A stretch of DNA of 64,000 nucleotides, taken from positions 3,942-67,941 of the forward strand of contig DASRDY010000225.1 in NCBI GenBank assembly GCA_035652355.1, in the 5' to 3' direction. Made by a program: the position numbers and the translations under genes. Below are positions 1-10,240 of the stretch, piece by piece; position 1 is the stretch's first letter; each line of letters starts with the position of its first letter. The notes below the pieces were generated by a model, which saw only the letters and a program-made list of their open reading frames with translations, did not search any database and had not been told where the DNA came from. This stretch comes from Blastocatellia bacterium (GTDB lineage Bacteria > Acidobacteriota > Blastocatellia > DASRDY01).

Positions 1-3
1 CAC

Positions 4-789
4 GTGCTGGACGTTTCTGATGTTCATTGGGCTAAGAGGGCTATATGGGCGCCATCAATTGTCGAGAAGGATGGTTGGTACTATCTATTTTTTGGCGCGA
101 ATGACATTCAGAATGATCAGCAAGTCGGAGGAATCGGCGTCGCGCGAGCTCGACGTCCAGAGGGCCCGTTTAAAGATTATCTTGGCCGCCCACTAATCGA
201 CAAATTCCACAACGGCGCGCAGCCAATCGATCAGATGGTTTTCAAAGACAATGACGGAAGCTACTACATCGTTTATGGTGGATGGCGTCATTGCAACATT
301 GCGAAATTGAATGCGGACTTCACGGACTTGATACCTTTTCCCGATGGCACCATTTTCAAAGAGATCACACCCAACGGATACGTCGAAGGCGCGTTCATGC
401 TGGTGAAAGACGGCAAGTATTATTTCATGTGGTCAGAGGGTGGCTGGACTGGTCCGAACTACGCGGTGGCTTATGCGGTCGGGACCTCTCCTTTCGGTCC
501 ATTCGAGCGTGTCGGGAAAATTCTGCAGCAAGATCCTGCTGTCGCAACCGGGGCAGGACATCATTCCGTATTGCATGCACCTGGCTCAGACAAATGGTAC
601 ATCGTCTATCACCGGCGGCCGCTGGGCGAGACTGATCGAAATCACCGGGTCGTCTGTATCGACGAAATGCATTTCGACGATCGCGGATTTATTCTGCCGG
701 TAAAGATTTCAAAAGAAGGCGTCCCACGTGATATCCTGAGAGGAGAAGAAATCAGGAGTAAGAAAAATGAACCATCGGACGAATTCTAA
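4..789 (+). CDS. Glycoside hydrolase family 43 (beta-xylosidase/arabinofuranosidase-like), C-terminal part; 5' end cut by window edge
   Basis: ORF runs from the window start. The GH43-typical motif WAPSIVEKDGWYYLFF and the five-bladed propeller pattern are present, and the gene ends PSDEF*. Confidence 0.7.
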   Translation: MLDVSDVHWAKRAIWAPSIVEKDGWYYLFFGANDIQNDQQVGGIGVARARRPEGPFKDYLGRPLIDKFHNGAQPIDQMVFKDNDGSYYIVYGGWRHCNIAKLNADFTDLIPFPDGTIFKEITPNGYVEGAFMLVKDGKYYFMWSEGGWTGPNYAVAYAVGTSPFGPFERVGKILQQDPAVATGAGHHSVLHAPGSDKWYIVYHRRPLGETDRNHRVVCIDEMHFDDRGFILPVKISKEGVPRDILRGEEIRSKKNEPSDEF

Positions 790-1038
790 AGGCTCTCGTA
801 GTTTAGCTATGATCGCGTCGGCGTTCGGCGCGGTAGCCGTCGGAGCGTTCGCTATTGGCGCTTGCTGTTAGATTTATGGCGATTCGGAGTGTGACGATAG
901 ACTCGGCCAGAATTAAATCGCTGGAAATTGATAATTTGACTGTGAAGCGGTTGCATGCGGCAGAACTGACGGTTAGGGACTCTTTCAACTGCCCGTAGAT
1001 GTTATTAGTAGAAACGCCTAAATGATAGAGAGGTATTT

Positions 1039-1431
1039 GTGTCCGAGTTAGAGAACGGGATTGTTAATGTACCGAGTAATCGTTCAGTTGATGATACTGT
1101 TGCGAAACTCAAAGATATCCTTCAGGCAAACGGCATAACCCTGTTTGCGCTGATTGACCACAGCGGAGAGGCCGAAAAAGCTGGCTTCGAAATGCGTCCG
1201 ACCAAGCTGCTGATCTTCGGAAACCCGAAGGCTGGAACACCGCTAATGCTGACGTCGCCCGCCAGCGCCATCGATCTTCCGTTAAAAATTCTGATATGGC
1301 AAGACGCTGATAGAAAAGTCTGGGTCAGTTACAACAGCCCGCCTTATTTGCTGGAGCGCCACAACCTGCCGGCAGAGTTGCTGCCAAATATCGCAGTAAT
1401 AGAAAATTTGGCAGCGGAAATTACAGTGTGA
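1039..1431 (+). CDS. DUF302 domain protein
   Basis: 130 aa with the DUF302-like pattern (DDTVAKLKDILQANGITLFALIDHSGEA...LLIFGNPKAGTPLM). Confidence 0.55.
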   Translation: MSELENGIVNVPSNRSVDDTVAKLKDILQANGITLFALIDHSGEAEKAGFEMRPTKLLIFGNPKAGTPLMLTSPASAIDLPLKILIWQDADRKVWVSYNSPPYLLERHNLPAELLPNIAVIENLAAEITV

Positions 1432-1456
1432 ATTAGCCGGATGAAGGTACGGTCTA

Positions 1457-1963
1457 TCAAAGAACGGACCAATATAAAGTAAACGAAACTGGTTGTTGAT
1501 GACCTTCAACCTGAACAACAGTTACATATCCGTTTGTTGGACCCGGTGACTGTATCATTCTTGCCTTGCCGACATTCATCCTAATCCATATTCGCGCAGG
1601 CATTGTCGGTAATGCCGCAGATAACAGATACCTGAAATCGTTGACGCCGGGCCCGTTGATTGGTTGGTAACTTGCGGCGCCTTTCCGTAGGACTATGTTG
1701 CCGGTCCCATTAACCACTCCCGACCATAATAAAGATCCCGAATAACGCTCGCTCTGCTCTGGTGGGAATGCTGAGGCGAGGCTGTCCATTTGTTTTGCTG
1801 CCGGCAAAGACGAGAGGTCAGCGGATAGAACTTCGGCTACAGGTCGCACTTCGCAGTTTCTGGAAGTAACAGCGTGTTGTGGCGCGAAGCGCAAAGAAGC
1901 CAAACTAACACCAGCGAGAAATGACAGGGAGCAGGAGACAATTTTGATAAAAATCTTTTTCAT
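1457..1963 (-). CDS. Hypothetical exported protein
   Basis: ORF 1457..1999. The likely start is the internal Met MKKIFIKIVSCSLSFLAGVSLASL, which is signal-peptide-like. No recognisable domain. Confidence 0.4.
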   Translation of the reverse strand: MKKIFIKIVSCSLSFLAGVSLASLRFAPQHAVTSRNCEVRPVAEVLSADLSSLPAAKQMDSLASAFPPEQSERYSGSLLWSGVVNGTGNIVLRKGAASYQPINGPGVNDFRYLLSAALPTMPARIWIRMNVGKARMIQSPGPTNGYVTVVQVEGHQQPVSFTLYWSVL

Positions 1964-2378
1964 AATCCCTCGAAAACAGTACATGACTTTTTGGATCAAA
2001 GCTGGTGTTGGATGTATTGTACCAAAATTTCATTGACCTGGAGTATGAATGGTCATTTGCGGGTTATCGGCGCCTCAAAATCGACAAATGAATCTGGCGA
2101 CAACCTTCTGGTCAGCTAGTTGCGGTGACGAGAATCACACGCTGATCAACCAAATGCTAAGTCCTAGAAAACATTCGGTTGGTCAGAGCAGGGTAACGCT
2201 TTTTCGTGCGAGAAGGATTCTAAATATCGGTCAATACGACGATTTTTCGATCAGAGAATATCACCGAAAGACGATAAGGTGATTAGATAGATAGACGTTC
2301 TATCCAGCTAGAGCTAAAGTTTTAGAAGATTCACGTTGGGGGCGATCCTTCCAGGGGAGACTGGATGATTTTATTTCC

Positions 2379-2813
2379 ATGAAGGCACTGATTGTTGACA
2401 ACGATTCGGGAACGCTAAAGGCGCTGGAGTCCTTTTTTGCAATCAGGGGATTTACTGTCACGACCGCCAGCAGTGGCGTCGACGCCTGGAACGGTTTGAT
2501 CGATCCCAGGAAATGGAAAAAGCTTCCCGACGTGATAATCACCGAAATGGTTCTGGATGGAATGCAGGGCGTCGATTTCATACGTCGCCTCCGAATGATG
2601 TCAGGGATGTCCAACGTCCCGATTATTGCCATCTCCGCAGACGAAAGAGAGATCGACAAAGCGCTTCTGGTCGGCGCCACTTCCTGTTTCATGAAGCCTT
2701 TGCAGCCCGAGTTGATTATGAAAGTATCCGAGCGTTTGATTGCTGAAACCCAGGCATTTGCCGCGGAAAATACGCTGGCCGCTCCGATCAGCGCCTCAAC
2801 CAGTGGTTACTAA
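2379..2813 (+). CDS. Single-domain response regulator (CheY-like receiver)
   Basis: 144 aa with a REC fold pattern (LIVDND...DVIITEMVLDGMQGVDFIRRLR...PIIAISA). No output domain and no adjacent kinase. Confidence 0.7.
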   Translation: MKALIVDNDSGTLKALESFFAIRGFTVTTASSGVDAWNGLIDPRKWKKLPDVIITEMVLDGMQGVDFIRRLRMMSGMSNVPIIAISADEREIDKALLVGATSCFMKPLQPELIMKVSERLIAETQAFAAENTLAAPISASTSGY

Positions 2814-2932
2814 GATTCCATTTATCTCAACAATTCATCACTTTTCTGACAGAATCGCTCTTGCAGTCTGAATGCCGTTCGACGTATATCTTGTCAGGTT
2901 CAAATTACGTAATCCTGATGGGGGCAACCGCA

Positions 2933-4084
2933 ATGATAAACAAAGAGCGACTAAAGAATCTGCTTCTGGACCTGGTTCAAATCGACAGTCATTCACGCGA
3001 AGAGAGAGAAGTTGCCGAGCGTGTAATCAACGAGCTGAAATCAGTTGATTCAAGCATCGACATTACCGTCGATGATGCTGGTCAAAAAGTCGGAGGCAAC
3101 ACAGGCAACGTGATAGCTCGGATAAAAGGTACGAATCCAAACGCCAAGCCGATTCTGTTGTCCGCACATATGGATACCGTCGTTCCTGGTAAAGGCGTAA
3201 AGCCAATTATTGACGGTAACATCATCAGAACCGACGGAACCACTGTTCTGGGCGGCGATGACAAGAGCGGTGTGGCGATCATTCTGGAGACAATTCGAGC
3301 GCTGAAGGAAAACAAATTAGAGCATTCCGATATTGAGGCCGTCTTCACCATCTGCGAAGAGGTCGGGTTGCAGGGCGCTAAGCACGTTGACGTAACAAAG
3401 CTGAGATCGAAATTCGGATTGGTGCTGGATAGCGATGACGTTGGTTACCTGTTTACCAAAGCACCTTCATCGGACAATCTTGAATTTCGTGTCTATGGTT
3501 TGGAAGCACACGCCGGAGTTTGCCCAGAGCGCGGGTTGAGCGCTATCAAAATTGCTGGTGAAGCGATTTCTAATATGAAGCTTGGACGAATCGACGAAGA
3601 GACTACCGCAAACCTTGGTGTGATCGAAGGCGGAATGGCGACTAACATTGTTCCCAATTTTGTGAGGATAAAAGGTGAAGCTCGCAGTCACAGCGACGCC
3701 AAACTGGATGCACAAGTCGCGCATATGAAGAAATGTTTTGAGGATGCCGTTGCAAACTATAGTGTGACAATCGATGGAAAGGAAATTCGCCCTCGATTCG
3801 AAGTCGATGTTGTGCGCTCTTATCACAGCATGAATGTTTCAGACGAATCACACATCGTTCGATTGGTAAAACAGGCGGCGAATAATCTTCAGCAGGAAGT
3901 CAAAACTCTGGCGACCGGCGGCGGGTGTGACGCCAACGTGTTCAATCGAAAAGGAATTGAGGTGGCTAATCTGGGAACGGGAATGCAGGACATTCATACT
4001 GTTAAAGAGTGGCTGAACGTCGAAGACCTGTATTTGTCAGGACAGATGGTATTTGAAATCGTGCGGTTAAATGCCCACGGCTAA
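2933..4084 (+). CDS. M20 family metallopeptidase (peptidase T-like tripeptidase)
   Basis: M20 motifs HMDTVVPG, GGDDKSG and CEEVGLQGA. The length and architecture resemble PepT. Start chosen at the internal Met MINKERL. Confidence 0.7.
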   Translation: MINKERLKNLLLDLVQIDSHSREEREVAERVINELKSVDSSIDITVDDAGQKVGGNTGNVIARIKGTNPNAKPILLSAHMDTVVPGKGVKPIIDGNIIRTDGTTVLGGDDKSGVAIILETIRALKENKLEHSDIEAVFTICEEVGLQGAKHVDVTKLRSKFGLVLDSDDVGYLFTKAPSSDNLEFRVYGLEAHAGVCPERGLSAIKIAGEAISNMKLGRIDEETTANLGVIEGGMATNIVPNFVRIKGEARSHSDAKLDAQVAHMKKCFEDAVANYSVTIDGKEIRPRFEVDVVRSYHSMNVSDESHIVRLVKQAANNLQQEVKTLATGGGCDANVFNRKGIEVANLGTGMQDIHTVKEWLNVEDLYLSGQMVFEIVRLNAHG

Positions 4085-4863
4085 GAATCTTTGTAATATC
4101 GGCCGGGAGTCGTTCCGAATATTTGCTTGAAAACGGCTATGAATGCGCTTGTGCTTTCATAGCCGGCTTCCAATGCCACATTGGTAACATTCTCACCGAT
4201 AGCCAGCAGTTTCAATGCGTGCAACAGCCTTAACTGCTGCCTCCATCGGCCAAAGGTCATATTCGTTTCGGTCAAAAATAACCTTTCAAGCGTGCGTTTG
4301 CTGGCCCCAACCATCTTTGAAATTTTCTGCAACGGAGTGTTGTCCGAAGGGTTCGATCGCACTAACTCGGCGGCTTTTTGGGCTCTTGCATCTCGCGGCA
4401 TAGGTATCTGCAGCGGGATGGCAGGGAACTCTTCCAGTTGATCCAAAAGCACACCAATCAATCTGGACTGACGTTCGTCTGCTTTGCTCAGCATACCAAT
4501 GTCAGCGACGTGAAGAATCAATTCTCGCATCAACGGCGACACGTTCAATACGCAGCAGTCCTGGACGAGCGATTGCGATATTTCCGTTCTTAGATAAAGC
4601 GAACGGACTGAGACCGATCCAGGAATCTCCATTTTATGTTTAATCCCGGCCGGCACCCAGACTGCTCGTTGCGGGGGAACGACCCACGATCCGCTGTCCG
4701 TATGGACTGCGATAACACCCTGCGAAGGATATATTAACTGATGCCACGTATGGGTGTGTTCGTGTATCCTGTTGCCTTCAGGATATATAACGTGGAGCGA
4801 CCTGATCAAGATATCGTCTTCGGATATGTTCTGATGTTTGTACCGCTGACGCATTTCCGGCAT
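4081..4863 (-). CDS. AraC family transcriptional regulator (cupin sensor + AraC HTH)
   Basis: N-terminal cupin-like region and a C-terminal AraC-type HTH (TFGRWRQQLRLLHALKLLAIGENVTNVALEAGYESTSAFIAVFKQIFGTTP). Confidence 0.8.
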   Translation of the reverse strand: MPEMRQRYKHQNISEDDILIRSLHVIYPEGNRIHEHTHTWHQLIYPSQGVIAVHTDSGSWVVPPQRAVWVPAGIKHKMEIPGSVSVRSLYLRTEISQSLVQDCCVLNVSPLMRELILHVADIGMLSKADERQSRLIGVLLDQLEEFPAIPLQIPMPRDARAQKAAELVRSNPSDNTPLQKISKMVGASKRTLERLFLTETNMTFGRWRQQLRLLHALKLLAIGENVTNVALEAGYESTSAFIAVFKQIFGTTPGRYYKDS

Positions 4864-4962
4864 ATTGTGGCATAATATCGCAAGCGCGCATTGTTATTCA
4901 AAGCTATATTGAAGGCGAATCCAGAATATCTCTGCGATCAATAAATCGAGGAGCCAAGAAAA

Positions 4963-5340
4963 ATGCCAAACAACATCTCTCATTTTTCAATTCACGCTGA
5001 CAATTTACCGCGCGCTCGAAAGTTTTACGAAGACGCTTTTGGCTGGAAGTTTACGCCGTGGGGACCGCCTGACTTCTTCCTGATCGCAACCGGCCCGGAA
5101 GAAGATCCTGGGATTCACGGTGCCCTGCAGACAAGAGCTTCGCACGACGGAACTCCGATGATTGGGTTCGAATGCACCATCTCTGTGGACGACATCGACG
5201 CGGCGGCCGCTGCTGTAGAGTCCAATGGCGGTCAGATCACTGTCCCAAAATTCAAGATACCGACTGTAGGAACCTTAATTCAGTTCAAAGACCCCGAGGG
5301 AAATTTTGTTTGCGCGATGCAATACGAGAGCAATCAATAA
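4963..5340 (+). CDS. VOC/glyoxalase family protein
   Basis: 125 aa with the VOC fold signature (HFSIHADNLPRARKFYEDAFGW ... GNFVCAMQ). Confidence 0.65.
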   Translation: MPNNISHFSIHADNLPRARKFYEDAFGWKFTPWGPPDFFLIATGPEEDPGIHGALQTRASHDGTPMIGFECTISVDDIDAAAAAVESNGGQITVPKFKIPTVGTLIQFKDPEGNFVCAMQYESNQ

Positions 5341-5751
5341 CTAAAAAATATTCGCAACTCGAAAACCCATCTTTCGGTGGGTCTGATAGCAAGTTGGATT
5401 CGCTATGGTCAGCTTTCGAGGATAGGAAATAAGACTGACACACAGTTGTCAGCGGGTTGCGATTAAGGTTGAGATTCGAAAAAGCTCATTTCGTCTGCTT
5501 TTTAGGCGCTCTGGTCACATTTTTACAATACAGGGAGCTTACCACTGGAGATAATGATTTTCTGGAGCAATCGATGCGACCACGGATGAAAGAGTTACGA
5601 GCGAATTTGTGCTATATTGAGGTTAGGTCCATAAGCGTCGAAAATGTCCCTTCGGGTAAATTTTAGATGAGTTAAGTCATTTGTATCCGTCTATTTCTCA
5701 GTGTTCGGTGTCGTTTTTTAGAGATCTTTGTTGTTAGCCGAGGTTAGCGCT

Positions 5752-6891
5752 ATGAAATATGGAAAACTAATTCTGAAGAATGTCTTTCGTAACGTCAGAC
5801 GGACAGTGCTGACCATATCGAGTCTTGCTGTGTCGCTGTTTTTGATCGTGACGCTGGCCACAGTAGTTACTGAGTTTACTCGCGGAAGCAGTGAAGCAAA
5901 TCCGCTTCGATTGGTAACAGGTCATGCTATGTCGTTGGGGCTTGAGATTCCGATCGCTTATCAATCTCGCATTGCGGCCGTTCCGGGAGTCAAAGTCGCC
6001 ATACCATACAACTGGTTTGGCGGAGAATACAAAGACCCTCAGGATATGTTCGCGAATTTCTCGGTTGACGCAAAACTGCTGCGCGAATATCAACCTGAGT
6101 TAAAGATGAGCGATGCCCAATGGTCCGCCTTCGTGGATGACAGACAGGGCGCAATCGTAGGTATCCGGCTGGCCGACAAATATAATTGGAAGATCGGCGA
6201 TCGCGTCACCTTGAGAAGTCCGATCTATCGGGTCTCGCCTGAATTCATAATCCGAGGCATCTATTCCAGCGGCGACGAAAAGGTCATGTTCTTTCATTAC
6301 GAATATGTCAACGAGATGGAGTCGCCATTTTTCAAGGACAAGGTAAGCACGTTTGGCATAGTAGCGAATTCCATCGATGACACCACGCGAATCCCGAGAG
6401 CCGTTGACGCAATGTTCGTCAACAGCGACGCGCCAACTAAGACAGAAAGCGAGAGGGAGTTTGCAATCAGTTTTCAGTCGATGATGGGGAACTTTCAAAC
6501 GTTCATATATGCGATTATTGGCGCGATCATTTTTTCGTTGATGCTGGTCGTCGCAAACAGCATGTCTATGAGCGTGCGAGAAAGAACCAAGGAAGTCGGG
6601 ACGTTGAAGGCCCTGGGTTTCCAGCGTGGAGCAATCACCTGGTTGTTTATTGGGGAATCGCTTCTGCTGGCCATCACCGGCTCGGCATTGGGAATCGGTG
6701 GCGCCGTGTTACTTTATCACGCGAAAGACTTCAGCGCGATGATCCCATTTATGCAATCGTTCGTTCCTACGAACGAGACCGTTCTTCTGTCGTTTGTAAC
6801 AGCAGTGCTGATTGGCGTGCTCAGTGTAACTTATTCGGCTTTGCGTGTTTCAGGTCTGACAATAGCGGAAGCATTGCGGAGGGTTGAATAA
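5752..6891 (+). CDS. ABC transporter permease, FtsX/MacB-like (permease 1 of efflux operon)
   Basis: N-terminal TM helix, a periplasmic domain and a C-terminal FtsX four-helix bundle (KEVGTLKALGFQRGAI). Start at the internal Met MKYGK. Confidence 0.8.
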   Translation: MKYGKLILKNVFRNVRRTVLTISSLAVSLFLIVTLATVVTEFTRGSSEANPLRLVTGHAMSLGLEIPIAYQSRIAAVPGVKVAIPYNWFGGEYKDPQDMFANFSVDAKLLREYQPELKMSDAQWSAFVDDRQGAIVGIRLADKYNWKIGDRVTLRSPIYRVSPEFIIRGIYSSGDEKVMFFHYEYVNEMESPFFKDKVSTFGIVANSIDDTTRIPRAVDAMFVNSDAPTKTESEREFAISFQSMMGNFQTFIYAIIGAIIFSLMLVVANSMSMSVRERTKEVGTLKALGFQRGAITWLFIGESLLLAITGSALGIGGAVLLYHAKDFSAMIPFMQSFVPTNETVLLSFVTAVLIGVLSVTYSALRVSGLTIAEALRRVE

Positions 6892-8051
6892 TGCCGCTAC
6901 CACTGAAATATAACTTCCGTAATCTGGTCGTTCGAAAGGGAACCACAATCGCGACAGCGCTGTCGCTGGGGATTACGATTGCGGTTTTCCTGATGGTGAT
7001 GGCTCTCGCAAAAGGAATTGATCTGACACTTGAGACGAGCGGCGAGCCGCTTAATCTGCTGGTGTTGCGCAACGGTAGCACAGCGGAGCTGAACAGCGAC
7101 GTAACGCGCGAAAACCTGAACAATCTTCAATTCCTTGATGGGATTGGCAGAGACGGCGATCAGCCTAAAGTTGCGCCGGAGATCGTCACCGTGATTTATA
7201 AGGCACATAAGGGTGAGACTCAGGGGGGCAACGTCACGATTCGCGGAGTCACGCCGATGTCTTCTGCGTTGAGGACCGGATTCAATCTGGTTCAAGGCAG
7301 AATGCTGAAATATGGACTGGCAGAGGCCGTAGTTTCCAAGCGAATGTCAGACCGATTTCAGGGTCTTGATATCGGCGACAAGTTCAAGGTCGGTTCAACC
7401 GAATACTCGATCGTCGGAATTTTCGAAGCAGGCGGCAAAACATTTGAATCTGAGATTTGGGCTGATGTGAATTCGCTTCGAAATGCATTGAATCGCGAAT
7501 CGTACTCTTCGGTTTTAATACGAGCAAAAGACAGCAACGCTCTTGCGGCGCTGGCGAAACGAATAACCAATGATCCACAGTTGCAGTTAAAAGCCGAGGC
7601 CGAGCAGGATTTCTATCTGGAGCAGCAAGGTCCGACTACACTGTCACTGAAGATCCTCGCGGCGTTTATCGCGATCATTATGTCGATCGGCGCGGGTTTT
7701 GCGGGAATGAACACCATGTATGCGGCCGTTGCGCAAAGAACGAGAGAGATCGGCACTCTGCGCGTGCTCGGCTTCGGGCGGGCAAGCATATTAACCAGTT
7801 TTGTCCTCGAGGCCCTTGTTATTGCCGTGATTGGTGTGGCAATCGGAGTATTATTGTCGCTACCGCTTAATTTTGTCTCGGCGGGCACATCGAACAATAC
7901 TACTTTTAGCGAGGTAGCGTTCAACTTTCGGGTTACGCCCTGGCTGATCGCCATAGCGTTTGTGTTCGGTATCGCTGTAGGATTGTTCGGATCGGTGCTG
8001 CCATCTGTACAGGCAGCAAGATTTAAGATCGTCGATGCATTGAGATCGTAA
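6891..8051 (+). CDS. ABC transporter permease, FtsX/MacB-like (permease 2)
   Basis: Same architecture as the first permease (REIGTLRVLGFGRASI). The start overlaps the stop of the upstream permease. Confidence 0.8.
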   Translation: MPLPLKYNFRNLVVRKGTTIATALSLGITIAVFLMVMALAKGIDLTLETSGEPLNLLVLRNGSTAELNSDVTRENLNNLQFLDGIGRDGDQPKVAPEIVTVIYKAHKGETQGGNVTIRGVTPMSSALRTGFNLVQGRMLKYGLAEAVVSKRMSDRFQGLDIGDKFKVGSTEYSIVGIFEAGGKTFESEIWADVNSLRNALNRESYSSVLIRAKDSNALAALAKRITNDPQLQLKAEAEQDFYLEQQGPTTLSLKILAAFIAIIMSIGAGFAGMNTMYAAVAQRTREIGTLRVLGFGRASILTSFVLEALVIAVIGVAIGVLLSLPLNFVSAGTSNNTTFSEVAFNFRVTPWLIAIAFVFGIAVGLFGSVLPSVQAARFKIVDALRS

Positions 8052-8054
8052 TTT

Positions 8055-9419
8055 ATGAGTGCTGAAGAAAAATCTCTGGACGAGCGGTTGAAGAGTCTAA
8101 AGATCGACCGCGCTCCAGTTCCCGTTAAAGGTCCCAGTAAAAAAGCTCCGAAGAAGCTGTTTTTGCTGGTTTCCACCATCTTGGTGCTTATAGCAGCGGG
8201 CTATTTCTTCCTTTCGTCTTCAGCTAAGAGTGTCTCTGCAGCCGAAGTAAAGGTTGAAACATCAAATGGAGCGCCGGTCGGCCAAACTGTTCTTACTGTG
8301 TCCGGCTATGTTGTCGCTCATCACAAGATCGATGTAGGTGCGAAGGTGATGGGACGCGTCAAATGGATCGGCGTCGAAAAAGGGGACAAAGTAAAAGAAG
8401 GTCAGGTTCTGGTTCGCCTGGAAGACGATGAATATCGCGCTCAGGTTAATCAGGCAAAGGCCAATCTCGCATCTGCGCAGGCCCGTCTGGAAGAGCTTCG
8501 CGCAGGATCACGACCGCAGGAGAAGATGCGCGATAAGGCGGCGGTCTCCCAGGCAGAAGCAAACGTAAAGAGCACCGAAGCCGATTTCGAACGTATCGAA
8601 AAGCTCTATAACGCTGGCGTTTCGCCGAAGGCGGATTACGACAAAGCCCTTGCCGCTCGTGACACGGCCAGAGCGCAACTTGAATCAGCAAAACAATCGA
8701 GCACGCTGACTGACATTGGACCACGAGTCGAAGAGATCAACGCCGCGGCAGCGCAGGTCAACCAACTGAAAGCCGCCGTCGATTACGCGCAGACGCAGCT
8801 TGACGCGACAGAGATAAAGGCTCCCGTATCAGGAACGATATTGCAGCGAATAGTCGAACGAGGTGTGATGGTCAGCCCCAGCTCGTTCGGCGACTCCGGT
8901 GCGCGCACGTCGGTGGTTTCGCTGGCTGATTTGAACGACCTTCAAATTGAGCTTGATATTAGTCAAACCGACTTTGCCAAGTTGAAGCTCAACCAGCGAG
9001 CAGAGATCGTTCCAGAAGCATTTCCAAACCTGAAGTATTCAGGATTTATTGCTGAGATCGCCCCGGAAGCCAATCGCGCAAAGGCGACAGTGCAGATCAA
9101 GGTTAAAGTCGAAAACCCAAACGAGCAGCTTCGTCCGGAGATGAACGCCAGAGTCAATTTTCTGGCTGATGCTCCAACGGGAGATTCGAAAACGGCTAAC
9201 AGTCGCGTGCTTGTTCCGCAGTCGGCCGTAGTTCACAAAGGCGACAGCGATTTCGTATTCGTGATCAAACGTGGCAGAGTTGAACAGCGCGTGATCCGTA
9301 AGGGTGACACATCGGGAGACTACTTTCAGGTTTTAGAAGGACTGAGCGGTGGAGAGTCAGTTGTCACAACCGGCGCGGACAAATTGCGCGACGGCGACCG
9401 AGTAACAGTTACGGGATAG
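8055..9419 (+). CDS. HlyD-family periplasmic adaptor (membrane fusion protein)
   Basis: N-terminal TM anchor, coiled-coil segments and a beta-barrel/lipoyl-like pattern typical of MFPs. Confidence 0.8.
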   Translation: MSAEEKSLDERLKSLKIDRAPVPVKGPSKKAPKKLFLLVSTILVLIAAGYFFLSSSAKSVSAAEVKVETSNGAPVGQTVLTVSGYVVAHHKIDVGAKVMGRVKWIGVEKGDKVKEGQVLVRLEDDEYRAQVNQAKANLASAQARLEELRAGSRPQEKMRDKAAVSQAEANVKSTEADFERIEKLYNAGVSPKADYDKALAARDTARAQLESAKQSSTLTDIGPRVEEINAAAAQVNQLKAAVDYAQTQLDATEIKAPVSGTILQRIVERGVMVSPSSFGDSGARTSVVSLADLNDLQIELDISQTDFAKLKLNQRAEIVPEAFPNLKYSGFIAEIAPEANRAKATVQIKVKVENPNEQLRPEMNARVNFLADAPTGDSKTANSRVLVPQSAVVHKGDSDFVFVIKRGRVEQRVIRKGDTSGDYFQVLEGLSGGESVVTTGADKLRDGDRVTVTG

Positions 9420-9520
9420 GCGATTTAATTTGAACTGCAGAGGCCACAGGGACGGAGAGCTTTGATTTTTCTCTGTGCCTCTGTGCCTCTGTGGTGAATT
9501 CTTGGTTCGATGAGGTTTAT

Positions 9521-10216
9521 ATGTCGGAAACAATGGTGAAGATTCGAAACTTGAGCAAGAAATTTGTCAGAGACGGATTCGAAGTTGTTGCGTTGGACGG
9601 AGTAAGCCTCGATATTCAAAAAGAAGACTTCCTCGCGTTAATGGGTCCGTCCGGATCGGGCAAATCGACATTGCTGAATCTTCTTGCAGGCATCGATAGA
9701 CCCACTGAAGGTCAATTGAATGTAATGGGCACCGATTTGGCGACACTAGGTGAAAGCGAGTTGGCAAAGTGGCGCAATGCACATGTCGGTTATATCTTCC
9801 AGACATTCAATTTGATTCCGGTTTTGACGGCCTTCGAAAATGTGGAATTGCCACTGCTATTGACCAATCTCTCAAAGAGCGAAAGAAAACGAAATGTCGA
9901 AACCGCGCTTGAACTGGTTGGACTGACTGACAGAATGCACCATCGCCCAAAGCAGTTATCAGGTGGACAGGAACAACGCGTAGCCATTGCGCGGGCGATT
10001 GTCGTCGATCCGGATTTCATTCTTGCTGACGAACCGACGGGAAATCTTGACGCCAGGTCAGGAGAAGAAGTGCTGAACATTCTCTCTACCTTGAATAAGA
10101 AACTGAACAAGACTATTGTTATGGTTACGCACGATCCGCACGCCGCGAGATTCGCTACGCACGAAAAGCATCTGGAGAAAGGCGTGCTGCTGGACGCTCT
10201 CAGCGTAGTTTCATAG
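9521..10216 (+). CDS. ABC transporter ATP-binding protein (MacB/LolD-type)
   Basis: Walker [10 protein letters not shown], signature [14 protein letters not shown], Walker [12 protein letters not shown]. Start at the internal Met MSETMV. Confidence 0.85.
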   Translation: MSETMVKIRNLSKKFVRDGFEVVALDGVSLDIQKEDFLALMGPSGSGKSTLLNLLAGIDRPTEGQLNVMGTDLATLGESELAKWRNAHVGYIFQTFNLIPVLTAFENVELPLLLTNLSKSERKRNVETALELVGLTDRMHHRPKQLSGGQEQRVAIARAIVVDPDFILADEPTGNLDARSGEEVLNILSTLNKKLNKTIVMVTHDPHAARFATHEKHLEKGVLLDALSVVS

Positions 10217-10240
10217 CCAGAGCAGTGATACTCTTCTTCG

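Noticed and set aside
808-873. 21-codon ORF MIASAFGAVAVGAFAIGACC (Gly/Ala-rich hydrophobic peptide ending in CC), just after the GH43 gene
   Set aside because: No convincing ribosome-binding site (the nearest AAGG is about 17 nt upstream). It is overlapped by an antisense ORF, and there are no neighbouring RiPP-maturation genes. Most likely chance.
5457-5666. 69-aa ORF in the 390-bp gap between glyoxalase and the ABC permease
   Set aside because: No RBS or domain. The region more likely holds the efflux operon promoter plus small palindromes (ctgacacacagttgtcag at 5437-5454).
9471-9494. Short tandem repeat ctctgtgc x about 3, between the HlyD-adaptor and ABC ATPase genes
   Set aside because: Too short and too few units to be a CRISPR array or VNTR. 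It sits next to a GC-rich hairpin and is probably part of an intercistronic stem-loop.
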